Assembly: GCA_020724925.1 (NCBI GenBank)
Contig: DYGC01000001.1
Coordinates: 5,228 to 69,227, forward strand
DNA length: 64,000 nt
Reading direction: 5' to 3'
Source: Candidatus Paceibacter sp.
GTDB lineage: Bacteria; Patescibacteriota; Patescibacteriia; DYGC01
The notes beneath the pieces are model-generated. The model was given only the letters and a program-made list of their open reading frames with translations, made no database searches and was not told where the DNA came from. Positions 47,646 through 57,084 of the stretch are shown here, piece after piece (the first letter of the stretch is position 1; every line of letters starts with the position of its first letter). The position numbers and the translations under genes were made by a program.

Positions 47646-48797
47646 ATGGCAAAAGTGATGGAAGGATCGCGCGCGGTGGCGGAGTTGGTGCGTTTGTGTG
47701 AACCGGGCGTGGTTAGTGCTTATCCGATTACCCCGCAAACTCATATTGTGGAATATTTGGCAAAATTTAAGGCTGATGGCTTAGCTACTTATGAATATGT
47801 GCGTGCTGAAAGCGAGTTCACGGCAGCGTCCGTGGTGCTTGGTGCATCAGCCAGTGGCGTTCGTGTGTATAGTGCCACCAGTTCCCAGGGTTTATTATTG
47901 ATGACCGAAGTTTTGTTTAATATTGCCGGCATGCGTTTGCCAGTGGTGATGACTTGTGCCAATCGTTCCGTGAGCGCCCCGATTAATATTTGGAATGATC
48001 AACAGGATGCTTTAACTATTCGTGATTCCGGTTGGTTAATGTTTTATGGTGAGACCGTTCAGGAAGTTTTGGATTTGCATTTGTTGGCTTATAAAGTAGC
48101 AGAGCAATTGAGTTTGCCGGTGATGGTTAATATGGATGGTTTTATTTTAACTCATACTTTTGAACCGGTTGATATTCCTGGTAAGAAAATGATTAAACAA
48201 TATTTGCCAAATTATAAACCGGTTTTGGGGGAAGTTTTAGATCCTAAATTGCCAAAATCATTTGGTTGTTTTGTTGGCCCGAAATATTACTTTGAAATCA
48301 GAAAAGAATTATTTGATAATGTTGTTTCCAGTTTAAAAGTGATTCAGAAGGAAGTACTTAATTTTAAAAAAATATTTAAACGTGATTTGTCTCCGGTGGA
48401 ATATTTTGGTGATAAGCAAGCCAAATTGGTTTTTGTGACAATGGGGTCGGTGGCCGGAACAGTTAAGGATTTTATTGAGAAACACAACAAAAAAAGTAAA
48501 GATAAATTAGGTTTGTTGAAGCTTCGTTGTTTTAGACCTTTCCCGACCGAAGAGATTTTTAAGATTTTAGGTAAAGCTAAGAAGGTGGCAGTCCTTGATA
48601 AATCAGTATCAATGGGGGCGGAGGGGGTTTTGTCCGGTGAAATGAAGCGAGCTTTTTATGGCCGCAAGACTTGTCCGTTAATTAAAAATTATATTCTTGG
48701 TTTGGGCGGACGAGATATTACCAGCGGAATCTTGGGGGACATTTTTGAAGATTTGAAAAAGAGTAGTCAGTCAGAGATTATTTTTAAAGGTAAATAA
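47646..48797 (+). CDS. porA: 2-oxoacid:ferredoxin oxidoreductase alpha subunit
   Basis: MEGSRAVAELVRLCEPGVVSAYPITPQT is a canonical PorA N-terminus. 383 aa. Confidence 0.85.
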   Translation: MAKVMEGSRAVAELVRLCEPGVVSAYPITPQTHIVEYLAKFKADGLATYEYVRAESEFTAASVVLGASASGVRVYSATSSQGLLLMTEVLFNIAGMRLPVVMTCANRSVSAPINIWNDQQDALTIRDSGWLMFYGETVQEVLDLHLLAYKVAEQLSLPVMVNMDGFILTHTFEPVDIPGKKMIKQYLPNYKPVLGEVLDPKLPKSFGCFVGPKYYFEIRKELFDNVVSSLKVIQKEVLNFKKIFKRDLSPVEYFGDKQAKLVFVTMGSVAGTVKDFIEKHNKKSKDKLGLLKLRCFRPFPTEEIFKILGKAKKVAVLDKSVSMGAEGVLSGEMKRAFYGRKTCPLIKNYILGLGGRDITSGILGDIFEDLKKSSQSEIIFKGK

Positions 48798-48803
48798 GTA
48801 TAT

Positions 48804-51179
48804 ATGGATTTAAAAAAATTTTGGGATTGCATTAAAAAATCCTATCGCAAATTGAGTTTTTATGAATTGATAACGATGGTGTTTTTTGCGTTTGTGATTT
48901 CCGGCATTATTGTTGGTGATGTTTTGGCGGCAGATAATGTTACGATGAAATATCAGGTGCCAATCGTTGGTGGGCAGAACCCCCAAACTTTGCCGTTGTA
49001 TATCAACGTTGTTTATAAGTGGCTCATGGGGGCGGGCTTGGTTTTGGTGGGTATTATGGTGACAATCGGTGGTTTCATGTATGTTTCTTCCGGTGGTGAT
49101 GCCAAAACCATTGGTACGGGGAAAAAATATATTATCAATGCTTTAATTGGCATGTTGTTGTTATCCAGTGCTTATTTGATTTTAAATACCATCAACCCGG
49201 ATGCGACAGAAATGGAAGATATTGTGGTAAAGCAGGTTGAGGGGGAGGTATTGAAAAATCAAATTGAAGTTCCCTTGGGTTGTGAATGTCATGCTAATAA
49301 AGATTGTGTTAATGCTGCTACCAGTTCTTATTTTTGCGATTGGAGTAGCGGCGGAAGAATGGTATATGATGCTTCCAATAAAAGTTTTATATCACAAAAG
49401 TTAGATCCTTATGCTGAAGCGATTATAGTCGGTACCATTTTAGTGGCGGTTGCTTTTGGCACGGCTGGAACGGGCATTCCCGCTTATTTGGCTTCCAAGG
49501 CTGCGGCTGCCGGAAAAACTGCATTAACTGTGGGAAAAGTGATTGGGAAAGCGGCTTGGGCAACATTCAAATTTACATTCAAGTGGGTGATTTTACCGAC
49601 TAGTTCTTTTGTAGCCGGAGCGGTTATTTCTAATCCGGCCCTTGTTTTTATGGGTTTGATGATGCTTGCCGGGGGTGCAGCCTTTGATTTTAATACGGAA
49701 ATCGTAAAAAAATGTAATCCCCCTAGTGGTGAAGTTAAGGGCGTTTGTTTACCAAATGCTTTTAGGTATGCAAGGTTGAAAACCCATGGGGCGGGGCCAA
49801 CCGATGTTGATTTGGCGGCCGGTACAACGAATAAAAATGGTATGTTTAGTATTTATAATACCGATGGCACTTTGCCGAAGCGTGATTTTTATTTTCGTGA
49901 TCAGGTGACATATTCCATGACTATTAATCAGGAGGGGGGATCATCCTTGTCGGCTGATTCTATTACTCATTTTTATAGAGGTGGTTCCACTGATGGTATT
50001 GTGAACACTGATGGTTGTGCCAGCTATATAAAAAAATATGAAGAAAATTATTGTCCCTGTATTGAATGGGAGGATGGTTTTATGTTTACAAAGTGTAAAA
50101 AACAAGCATCATGTGCAACTATAGAGATGGAGGGTGTAAATATTTATACGGTTGGTGCTGGTGGTACATATTCACAAGGACCAACGTTAAAAAGTACCCA
50201 ACTTTGTTTAACTGGTACGGAAGGGGAAATGTGTAAGACTAATGATGATTGCGGTAAGGGTTTGGAATGTGTCAGTTTAGAAGAGTTGGGAAAGGCTGCA
50301 TATGGTGATGAGTGGCGAAAGTTTGCTATTAAATATAGTACTTTTAGAAAATCAGTAAGAACTTCTCTTACTGATTTAGGGAGTGTCGGTACAATTAAGG
50401 GTGGCTGGGATAGAGACAAAGTTTGTATGTATTCAAAAAATGCGGATAAGGCCAGTTTAACACTTTCTTTGAAAAAAACATTGATGGGGATCGCAGATAT
50501 AGGGGAGTTGGATTGCATGGCTGGGTTAGAAAAATCTGGTGATCATAAAATTCATTGTACTAAGATGGACGTTCCTGTTAATTATTGTGGAATGCTTTCT
50601 TCTGATGTAAAACTTGAAAATTATTTAAAGGCTGGGACAGCGGTAAAAATGTCCGAGGCTTTGTATGACGAAGCCTTAAAATTGTTGGGAAATACAAAAT
50701 TGCAGGTTTATGATAATCTGGATTCATATGTTGGTGCGTCGGCGGGGAATGCGACGGATGTTTTTGATATCAAGTTGGCACGTTGTGATTATTTTTTGCT
50801 TAGCGATAACGATTGTGCTGTTAAGGATGTTTTGGGGCGAGTTGAGCGAATCATTAGGACAACCGACTTGTGTACAAGACAAGCTCTTGATTCATATAAC
50901 CGAAATTATATTAGAAAAAATGCCGATAATTACAAGGACAATTATAGTTTGATGGACCCTGATGAATATTACAAATTTACTTTTGATTATAGTGATTTCA
51001 AGAGTTTTTGTGAAGGTGTTGATGATGAGTGTTCTTGTGATTTGAAGGGTTTGCAAAAAATGTCTTTGATTATACCAGAGGTTGTCAATGGTCCGATTAA
51101 ACATAGCTTTTGTTTAAAAAATACAGATAAATATGGTATTTATAACTATAATTTATTTGTTTTATTGGTTCAGCCGTAA
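48804..51179 (+). CDS. Large cysteine-rich surface protein with an N-terminal VirB2/TrbC-like pilin module (791 aa)
   Basis: Signal/anchor helix, then LYINVVYKWLMGAGLVLVGIMVTIGGFMYVSSGGDAKTIGTGKKYIINALIGMLLLSSAYLIL, the same TM/G-G-x-W/M-x-S-x-G-D/K-rich/TM module as the small paralogs at 62.2-63.9 kb. A second hydrophobic cluster near aa 210-290, then a ~500-aa domain with more than 30 Cys. Lies between porA and porB on the same strand. Confidence 0.55.
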   Translation: MDLKKFWDCIKKSYRKLSFYELITMVFFAFVISGIIVGDVLAADNVTMKYQVPIVGGQNPQTLPLYINVVYKWLMGAGLVLVGIMVTIGGFMYVSSGGDAKTIGTGKKYIINALIGMLLLSSAYLILNTINPDATEMEDIVVKQVEGEVLKNQIEVPLGCECHANKDCVNAATSSYFCDWSSGGRMVYDASNKSFISQKLDPYAEAIIVGTILVAVAFGTAGTGIPAYLASKAAAAGKTALTVGKVIGKAAWATFKFTFKWVILPTSSFVAGAVISNPALVFMGLMMLAGGAAFDFNTEIVKKCNPPSGEVKGVCLPNAFRYARLKTHGAGPTDVDLAAGTTNKNGMFSIYNTDGTLPKRDFYFRDQVTYSMTINQEGGSSLSADSITHFYRGGSTDGIVNTDGCASYIKKYEENYCPCIEWEDGFMFTKCKKQASCATIEMEGVNIYTVGAGGTYSQGPTLKSTQLCLTGTEGEMCKTNDDCGKGLECVSLEELGKAAYGDEWRKFAIKYSTFRKSVRTSLTDLGSVGTIKGGWDRDKVCMYSKNADKASLTLSLKKTLMGIADIGELDCMAGLEKSGDHKIHCTKMDVPVNYCGMLSSDVKLENYLKAGTAVKMSEALYDEALKLLGNTKLQVYDNLDSYVGASAGNATDVFDIKLARCDYFLLSDNDCAVKDVLGRVERIIRTTDLCTRQALDSYNRNYIRKNADNYKDNYSLMDPDEYYKFTFDYSDFKSFCEGVDDECSCDLKGLQKMSLIIPEVVNGPIKHSFCLKNTDKYGIYNYNLFVLLVQP

Positions 51180-51197
51180 TTTATTATTTATATTTTT

Positions 51198-52073
51198 ATG
51201 ACCAAACAATATCAAGCTCTCTCCCCCGGTCACACCGCGTGCGCCGGCTGCGGCGAACTTCTGGCAATGCGCCACGCTTTGCAAGCGGCCGGACCGGACG
51301 TAATCGTGACCGGAGCCACCGGTTGTAGTGAAGTCACCACTTCCGGTTACCCGGATAGTTCTTTCGGAATGCCGTGGATTCATTCTTTGTTTGAAAATTC
51401 ATCATCGGTTGCATCGGGGATCGCGGCGGCCCTGCGATACCAGAAAAAACAAGACAAAATCAAAGTGATTGCCACCGGCGGTGATGGCGCGACTTTTGAT
51501 ATTGGTTTTGGAGCACTTTCGGCAATGTGGAGTCGTGGTGATGATATTTTGTATATTTGTTATGACAATGAGGCTTATATGAATACCGGTGTGCAAGCTA
51601 GTGGCGCCACTTTGCCGGGAACATCTACGACCACCAGTCCGAGTGGGGCGGTGGAGCAGGGAAATATGATGCCGAAAAAAGATATGCCGGCGATTGCCAT
51701 GGCACACGGTTGTGTTTATGTTGCCACCGCCTCTCCCGGCTACCCGATTGATATTCAAAACAAAGTAAAAAAAGCTTTGACCATGAAGGGACCGAAATAT
51801 ATTCAGTTATTATCGCCGTGTGTGCCAGGCTGGGGTTTTTCTACTGATCAAGCAGTGAAATTAGGAAAACTCGCTCATCAAACCGGTTTGTATCCAATTT
51901 TTGAAGCTGTTAATGGACAAATCACCAGTGCGATGAAAGTCCCCAAACCCACGCCCTCGGTAAGCGCTTATTTGGAATTGCAAAAACGATTTAAACATGT
52001 TTTGAAAAACCCACAATTATTGGCGACGATTCAAGCAATCGCCGATGCCAATATTGTGAAATATGGGTTGTAG
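51198..52073 (+). CDS. porB: 2-oxoacid:ferredoxin oxidoreductase beta subunit (TPP-binding)
   Basis: CAGCGE ... GATGC ... ATGGDGATFDIGFGALS (TPP/Mg GDG motif). 291 aa. Confidence 0.85.
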   Translation: MTKQYQALSPGHTACAGCGELLAMRHALQAAGPDVIVTGATGCSEVTTSGYPDSSFGMPWIHSLFENSSSVASGIAAALRYQKKQDKIKVIATGGDGATFDIGFGALSAMWSRGDDILYICYDNEAYMNTGVQASGATLPGTSTTTSPSGAVEQGNMMPKKDMPAIAMAHGCVYVATASPGYPIDIQNKVKKALTMKGPKYIQLLSPCVPGWGFSTDQAVKLGKLAHQTGLYPIFEAVNGQITSAMKVPKPTPSVSAYLELQKRFKHVLKNPQLLATIQAIADANIVKYGL

Positions 52074-52173
52074 AATGGCATCCTGGGCACTTCAGTAGTC
52101 ATTCAGGGGCGGGTCTTTGTAAGAACCAGCTTGCCCCGGCACGTGAATTAGTAAAATCTATAAATAACAGCCG

Positions 52174-52225
52174 GGGGAATCTCGTGGTAGCAAACAACTA
52201 GCTTCGCCCACGAGATCCCGTTTTT
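52174..52225 (+). terminator. Strong rho-independent terminator after porB
   Basis: 12-bp GC-rich stem GGG(A)ATCTCGTGG / CCACGAGATCCC (52175-52219) with a 19-nt loop, followed by GTTTTT. Confidence 0.55.
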
Positions 52226-52411
52226 AAGTCATCCTGAACTTGTTTCAGGATCTCTCCAATAGACTCTTCATTCCTTAAACGACGGAGGAAATAATAAGGA
52301 TTAATTAAGGGATCCTGAAACAAGTTCAGGATGACTTAAACTCCGTGCTTGAAACAAGTTCAGGATGACTTAAACTCTGTGCTTGAAACAAGTTCAGGAT
52401 GACTAGTCCCC
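52225..52411. repeat. 34-bp hairpin-containing tandem repeat (about 3 copies) plus an upstream inverted copy, inside a GC-rich intergenic island
   Basis: Unit GAAACAAGTTCAGGATGACTTAAACTC(C/T)GTGCTT at 52317-52350 and 52351-52384, truncated third copy 52385-52407. Each unit contains the CCTGAA-ACAAG-TTCAGG inverted repeat. TAAGTCATCCTGAACTTGTTTCAGGATC at 52225-52252 is the reverse complement of the unit core. CAGGATGAC also recurs at 52429. Confidence 0.6.
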
Positions 52412-52451
52412 ATACTCCTGCCCCAATCCCAGGATGACAATCCTCGCTTTT

Positions 52452-53924
52452 TTACGGTAATCTCTTCACGAAATCCACAAGCTCCGCTACCGCTTTGTCC
52501 ATTTTTCCACTTTTATTTTCAATCACCAAGTCATAATACTGACTGAAACTTTTTTCTTCACTGGCGTTGGCTAAACGAATTTTAATATCTTCTTCGGTGT
52601 TACTACCACGTCCACGTAAGCGTTTTTCCAAATCTTTGAGCGGGGCATCAATGAAAATCAACCAGGCTTCTGGGTATTGATCACGGATTTGCAAAGCTCC
52701 CTGAATATCGATATTTAAAACAATATTTTTATTTTTGATAGTGTTTTCCAAAACATCACGCGCGGTGCCATAATAATTTTCATGGACCAACGCCCATTCA
52801 ATCACTTTATTTTCTCTAATCAGTTGTTCAAATTCTTCTTTGCTGACATTGAGAATTTTTTTATCTTCAGGAATTTCTCGGGGGGCACGGGTGGTGTAGG
52901 TAGCGCCAGTTTGTAATTGTAACTCTCCGTGTTTTTTTAAAACATCAATGATGATAGTACTTTTCCCAGCACCGGAAGCACCGGAAACAATTAAAATATT
53001 TTTGTTGGGATTGACTTCATTTAAAAACATTTTCAATTCAAATGGTAATTTGCTGTAGAATTTTTGTGGTTCTCCGTTTAAATCAGTAAATTCCAGTTCT
53101 TGTGCATGTAAAAAAATTCTTCCTAAATTAATACTGCGATATTTTTTCTGTTTGTAGAGCGGGTCACCGACAATCGCGTGGCCGAAGGCGTGAAAATGAG
53201 CACGAATTTGGTGAGTGCGTCCGCTTTTTAGATTGATTTTTAATAAGGAGAAGTGTTTGTAAGGTTTGATTAATTCGTATTCGGTAATTGATTCCTTGCC
53301 ACTTTCGGCATTGCTTGGTTTGGCAACCATGCGTTTTTTGTCAGAGCTTCGTTCCAGTTTGAAATTAATAACCCCGCTTTCTTTGTTTGGTTTACCAAAA
53401 GCTAGAGCAATATAATGTTTTTTGATGCTACGATTTTGAAATTGTTGCTTGAGATGTTCAAACATTTTTTTTGTCCGAGCGATTACTAATAAACCGGAGA
53501 CCATTTTGTCCAGACGATGTACGATGCCAGGGCGTAGCGGATCATCACCGATTCCTTCTAAATTTGGATATTTTTCCAATAATTGTTGAATGGCACTGCT
53601 TTGTTGAAGGTTTTTGCTACCATGGGTGGCTAATCCAGCTGGTTTATCAATAACAATAAAATTACGATCGACTTTAAGAATTCTAATCTGCGGAGCATTG
53701 CTTTTGTCGTCTTCTTGTTGGTTTTTTGTATCAAAAACACAAGCAATCTCATCGTTGTTGTCCAGCCAGTGGTGTGGGGTGTTGATGACTTGTCCATTGA
53801 TACTAATTTGGCCATTTTTAATCCAATTTTGGATTTGATTTCGTGAATATTTTTTGAGCTTACTGACCAGAAATTTATCTAAACGCTCATCGCCACTTTC
53901 TTCGAAAATAAAAGTTTTTTTCAT
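52452..53924 (-). CDS. Fusion protein: RluA/RluD-family 23S rRNA pseudouridine synthase (S4 + catalytic domain) fused to guanylate kinase
   Basis: N-terminal S4 domain (ERLDKFLVSKL...) and RluA catalytic motif HRLDKMVSGLLVIART. C-terminal ~190 aa has the Gmk P-loop IVSGASGAGKSTI, TTRAPREIPEDKKILNVSKEEF and EWALVHENYYGT motifs. Single uninterrupted 490-aa ORF. Confidence 0.7.
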   Translation of the reverse strand: MKKTFIFEESGDERLDKFLVSKLKKYSRNQIQNWIKNGQISINGQVINTPHHWLDNNDEIACVFDTKNQQEDDKSNAPQIRILKVDRNFIVIDKPAGLATHGSKNLQQSSAIQQLLEKYPNLEGIGDDPLRPGIVHRLDKMVSGLLVIARTKKMFEHLKQQFQNRSIKKHYIALAFGKPNKESGVINFKLERSSDKKRMVAKPSNAESGKESITEYELIKPYKHFSLLKINLKSGRTHQIRAHFHAFGHAIVGDPLYKQKKYRSINLGRIFLHAQELEFTDLNGEPQKFYSKLPFELKMFLNEVNPNKNILIVSGASGAGKSTIIIDVLKKHGELQLQTGATYTTRAPREIPEDKKILNVSKEEFEQLIRENKVIEWALVHENYYGTARDVLENTIKNKNIVLNIDIQGALQIRDQYPEAWLIFIDAPLKDLEKRLRGRGSNTEEDIKIRLANASEEKSFSQYYDLVIENKSGKMDKAVAELVDFVKRLP

Positions 53925-54025
53925 ATCATTATTATAAGGGTTATTTACTTTATTAAATCACATCTTGATATATTGGGCAAATCATAATATTATAGAAATA
54001 GACTTTTAATTTTAAGAAAAAAAAG

Positions 54026-55756
54026 ATGAAAAGCAAGATTTTTAGTTTCCTGCTGTTGTTGTCAGGGATTTTTGTTTTCAGTGCTTGTACTAATGGCGAT
54101 GAGAGTAAATATACTTTCGTGGAAGTGGCTTTTGGTAATTTGGATCAGGTCGTTTCGGCGACCGGTTTTTTACAACCGCAAGAGCGTGTCAATTTGTCTT
54201 TGGAGGCAGGTGGTAAAATCGTGGAGGTGGCGGTGGAGGTTGGTGATACTGTCAAAAAAGGGGATTTGTTAGTTGCTTTAAATGCTCGGGATGTTTCCGC
54301 ACAATTGGCTCAAGCCAGTGCCGGCATCAGTAGCGCACAAGCACAATTGCAACAGGCACAGGCTAGTTTAAATATGCAAGAGGCGTTGTTGGCTGACTTA
54401 AAGGATGGTAATAGCACTGAGAATATTGCGGTCGCTGAAACCGCTTTGGCCAATGCCGAGAAATCTTTGAATGATTTGGAATTGGAATTGAGTAATACAG
54501 AAAGCTTAAATGACAATTCTTTGGCGGTTGTTTATGATGGGGCGATCAGTTCTTTGGAAAAATCATTAACCATTGCTCGTGAATCGTTGTATACTTTTAC
54601 TGATATTCAATATGATTATTTTTCTAGTGGTTCAACAATTGAGGCAATTGCGGTGACTGACGCTAAAACAGTAGCGGTTAATTCGTTATTGGGAGTTAAT
54701 AATGCCGGTCGTTGGGTAAATCAATTTTTACATACATATTGTGAGGGAACTTGTGCTTTGATTAACAGTTTGCGGGTCAGTAAAAATTACGATGATGTTG
54801 ATTTGGCTTTAGAAAAAATGTTGATTGCTTTGCGTGATTTGAAAAATGCCTATTTGTTAGTTCCGATGGATGGAACATTAAATTCTGTTGATCAGGCAAC
54901 GGTAACTGCGGAAAAAACTACTTTGGATTTGGAAATCACCACTTTGTCTGCGAAACAACAGGCGGTGGCTTTGCAGAAAACCAGTAATGCCAACGCGCTT
55001 AATTCGGTGCAATCTCGTTACAATAGCGCCGGTAACGCTGTGCAAAGTGCCATTGCCAATTTGAATTTGGCTAAGGCGGGCGCGAGCGAAGGGCAAATCT
55101 TGGCACAGGAAGCGGCCGTGGAACAGGCACGGGCAGTGGTCAATATGCAAGAGGCGATGCTTGAGCAAGCACGAGCATCTTATAACATTGTGGCTGTTAA
55201 TTTGGAAAAATATCAATTGAATGCCGTATTTGATGGTATTGTTACGGAGCGTTTTGCTAAGGTGGGTGAGAGTGTGGCCCCACAGCAAACTTTATTAACT
55301 TTAATGAGCACTAATCAATTTGAGTTACAGGCCAGTATTCGTGAAACGGATATTGATAAAATAAAAGTTGCTAATACCGTGAAGGTCAGTTTTGATGCCT
55401 TGCCCAATGAGGAATTTGTTGGCGATTTAATTTTTATTGATCCGGCGGAAAGTATTCAGCAGGGGGTTATTTATTATGATGTTAAAGTTATTTTGAAGGA
55501 TGAAAATAATAACATTGATCGTTTGAAATCCGGCATGACCGCTGATTTGGATATTGTGACTGCCACTAAAGAACAAGTGATGTATTTGCCGATGGGGGTG
55601 GTGTCTTATCGTGGGGGGAGAGCCTACGTGAAAGTTTTAGAAGAGAATGAAGTTAAAGAAATTGAAATCGAAACCGGCATCCAGAGTGGTCGTTACGTTG
55701 AAGTAATTAATACTTTAAAGCCGGGCGATAAAGTGATTAGTGCCATTATAGATTAA
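54026..55756 (+). CDS. HlyD-family periplasmic adaptor (membrane fusion protein) lipoprotein of a tripartite ABC efflux system
   Basis: Lipobox (VFSAC). Biotinyl/lipoyl-like hairpin GDTVKKGDLLVALNA, long coiled-coil, beta-barrel region (ADLDIV...). Followed by FtsX-type permease and ABC ATPase genes. Confidence 0.7.
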   Translation: MKSKIFSFLLLLSGIFVFSACTNGDESKYTFVEVAFGNLDQVVSATGFLQPQERVNLSLEAGGKIVEVAVEVGDTVKKGDLLVALNARDVSAQLAQASAGISSAQAQLQQAQASLNMQEALLADLKDGNSTENIAVAETALANAEKSLNDLELELSNTESLNDNSLAVVYDGAISSLEKSLTIARESLYTFTDIQYDYFSSGSTIEAIAVTDAKTVAVNSLLGVNNAGRWVNQFLHTYCEGTCALINSLRVSKNYDDVDLALEKMLIALRDLKNAYLLVPMDGTLNSVDQATVTAEKTTLDLEITTLSAKQQAVALQKTSNANALNSVQSRYNSAGNAVQSAIANLNLAKAGASEGQILAQEAAVEQARAVVNMQEAMLEQARASYNIVAVNLEKYQLNAVFDGIVTERFAKVGESVAPQQTLLTLMSTNQFELQASIRETDIDKIKVANTVKVSFDALPNEEFVGDLIFIDPAESIQQGVIYYDVKVILKDENNNIDRLKSGMTADLDIVTATKEQVMYLPMGVVSYRGGRAYVKVLEENEVKEIEIETGIQSGRYVEVINTLKPGDKVISAIID

Positions 55757-55764
55757 GTTTTTTT

Positions 55765-57069
55765 ATGTTTAAAACGATAAAAAATTGGAGAATCTCTTGG
55801 TTTTTGGCGTCGCGTTCGATTTTGCGTGGAAGCAAGGGGACTTTGGCTTTGACCATTTTGGTCATGGCTTTATCTTTTATTAATATTATTTTCATGGCGT
55901 CCTTGATTTTTTCTATGATGACCACCATGGAACAATCTTTTCGTCAGCAAGCTTTGGGCGACATTGTTATTACACCGGAAGATGCGACAGAGATTTCTTT
56001 TCAAGATCAAGATGCCAGTAGTATTGGGTTGACTGAAAAAAAACAAGACTATAATCCAAAGTATATTTATGATCGTGATTCGGTTCAGGAAAAACTTTTA
56101 AGTATCCCCGGTGTTTTGGCAACGACCGCACACTATGTTGCCAATGCTAATTTTGTTTATGATCCAGAAAATGATGGAGAAAATGAAGAAAAGGGGGCGT
56201 GGTCGGTTAAGTCAATTAATCCGGAAAAAGAGATGACGGTTACGGGTATTCATAATAAAATGGTTTCCGGTAAATATTTAGAGGCTAATGATCGTGATTA
56301 TATTATGGTTGGTCGTGACATCAGTGGTGGATTCGGTAGCCCTTATGTGGAAGAATCTTTGGGTGGCATTCAGGTTGGTGATAAAGTGAAACTGATTTTT
56401 GGCAATGGCGTACAACGTGAATATACCATTAAAGGAATTTTTGCCACTAAAAATATGTTAGCTGATATGACAGCTTTTTTATCTGAAAAGGAAATGGAAT
56501 CTATTTTGGGGGCAAAAAATATGGCTTCGGAGATTTTAGTGAGAGTGGAAAATCCCGGACAAGAAAGACTTTACATTGAAAAGATAGAAGGTTTGGGAAT
56601 TTCTGATTTGAAAATGAAATCATGGCAGGATTTTTTGGCGTCATCGGCATCGTTTACAGATAGTTTTATGGTAATTAATTTGATTTTGTCGGGGATTGGT
56701 TTGATCGTGGCCGGAGCGATTATTTTTATTGTTATTTACATCAATGTGGTTAACAAGAGAAAACAAATCGCCATTTTAAAAGCAATTGGTATGGAAGCAA
56801 AAATCATTGTTAATTCTTATGTGTTGCAATCAATGTTTTACGCGGTGATTGGTATCAGTTTGGGCTTGTTATTTATTTATGGTTTTGTGATTCCATATTT
56901 TCTTGCTAACCCTATGAATTTGCCAACCGGTGATACTTCTATTACTGCCAATCCCGATACTTTGGTGACGGCGGCGATTAGTTTGATTTCAGTGGCAATT
57001 TTGGCCGGCTTTTTCCCGGCATGGATGGTTAGTCGGGGGCAAATTTTGGACGCGATGCGTGGCGAATAA
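55765..57069 (+). CDS. ABC transporter permease, FtsX/MacB family
   Basis: TM1, large extracytoplasmic domain, then a C-terminal 3-TM FtsX-type bundle. 434 aa. Confidence 0.75.
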   Translation: MFKTIKNWRISWFLASRSILRGSKGTLALTILVMALSFINIIFMASLIFSMMTTMEQSFRQQALGDIVITPEDATEISFQDQDASSIGLTEKKQDYNPKYIYDRDSVQEKLLSIPGVLATTAHYVANANFVYDPENDGENEEKGAWSVKSINPEKEMTVTGIHNKMVSGKYLEANDRDYIMVGRDISGGFGSPYVEESLGGIQVGDKVKLIFGNGVQREYTIKGIFATKNMLADMTAFLSEKEMESILGAKNMASEILVRVENPGQERLYIEKIEGLGISDLKMKSWQDFLASSASFTDSFMVINLILSGIGLIVAGAIIFIVIYINVVNKRKQIAILKAIGMEAKIIVNSYVLQSMFYAVIGISLGLLFIYGFVIPYFLANPMNLPTGDTSITANPDTLVTAAISLISVAILAGFFPAWMVSRGQILDAMRGE

Positions 57070-57084
57070 TAATTTAAAAATTTT

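Noticed and set aside
52313-52411. Possible CRISPR array because of regularly spaced direct repeats
   Set aside because: Repeat units are directly adjacent (period 34 bp) with no unique spacers, only about 3 copies, and no cas genes nearby. Classified as a tandem/REP-like repeat instead.
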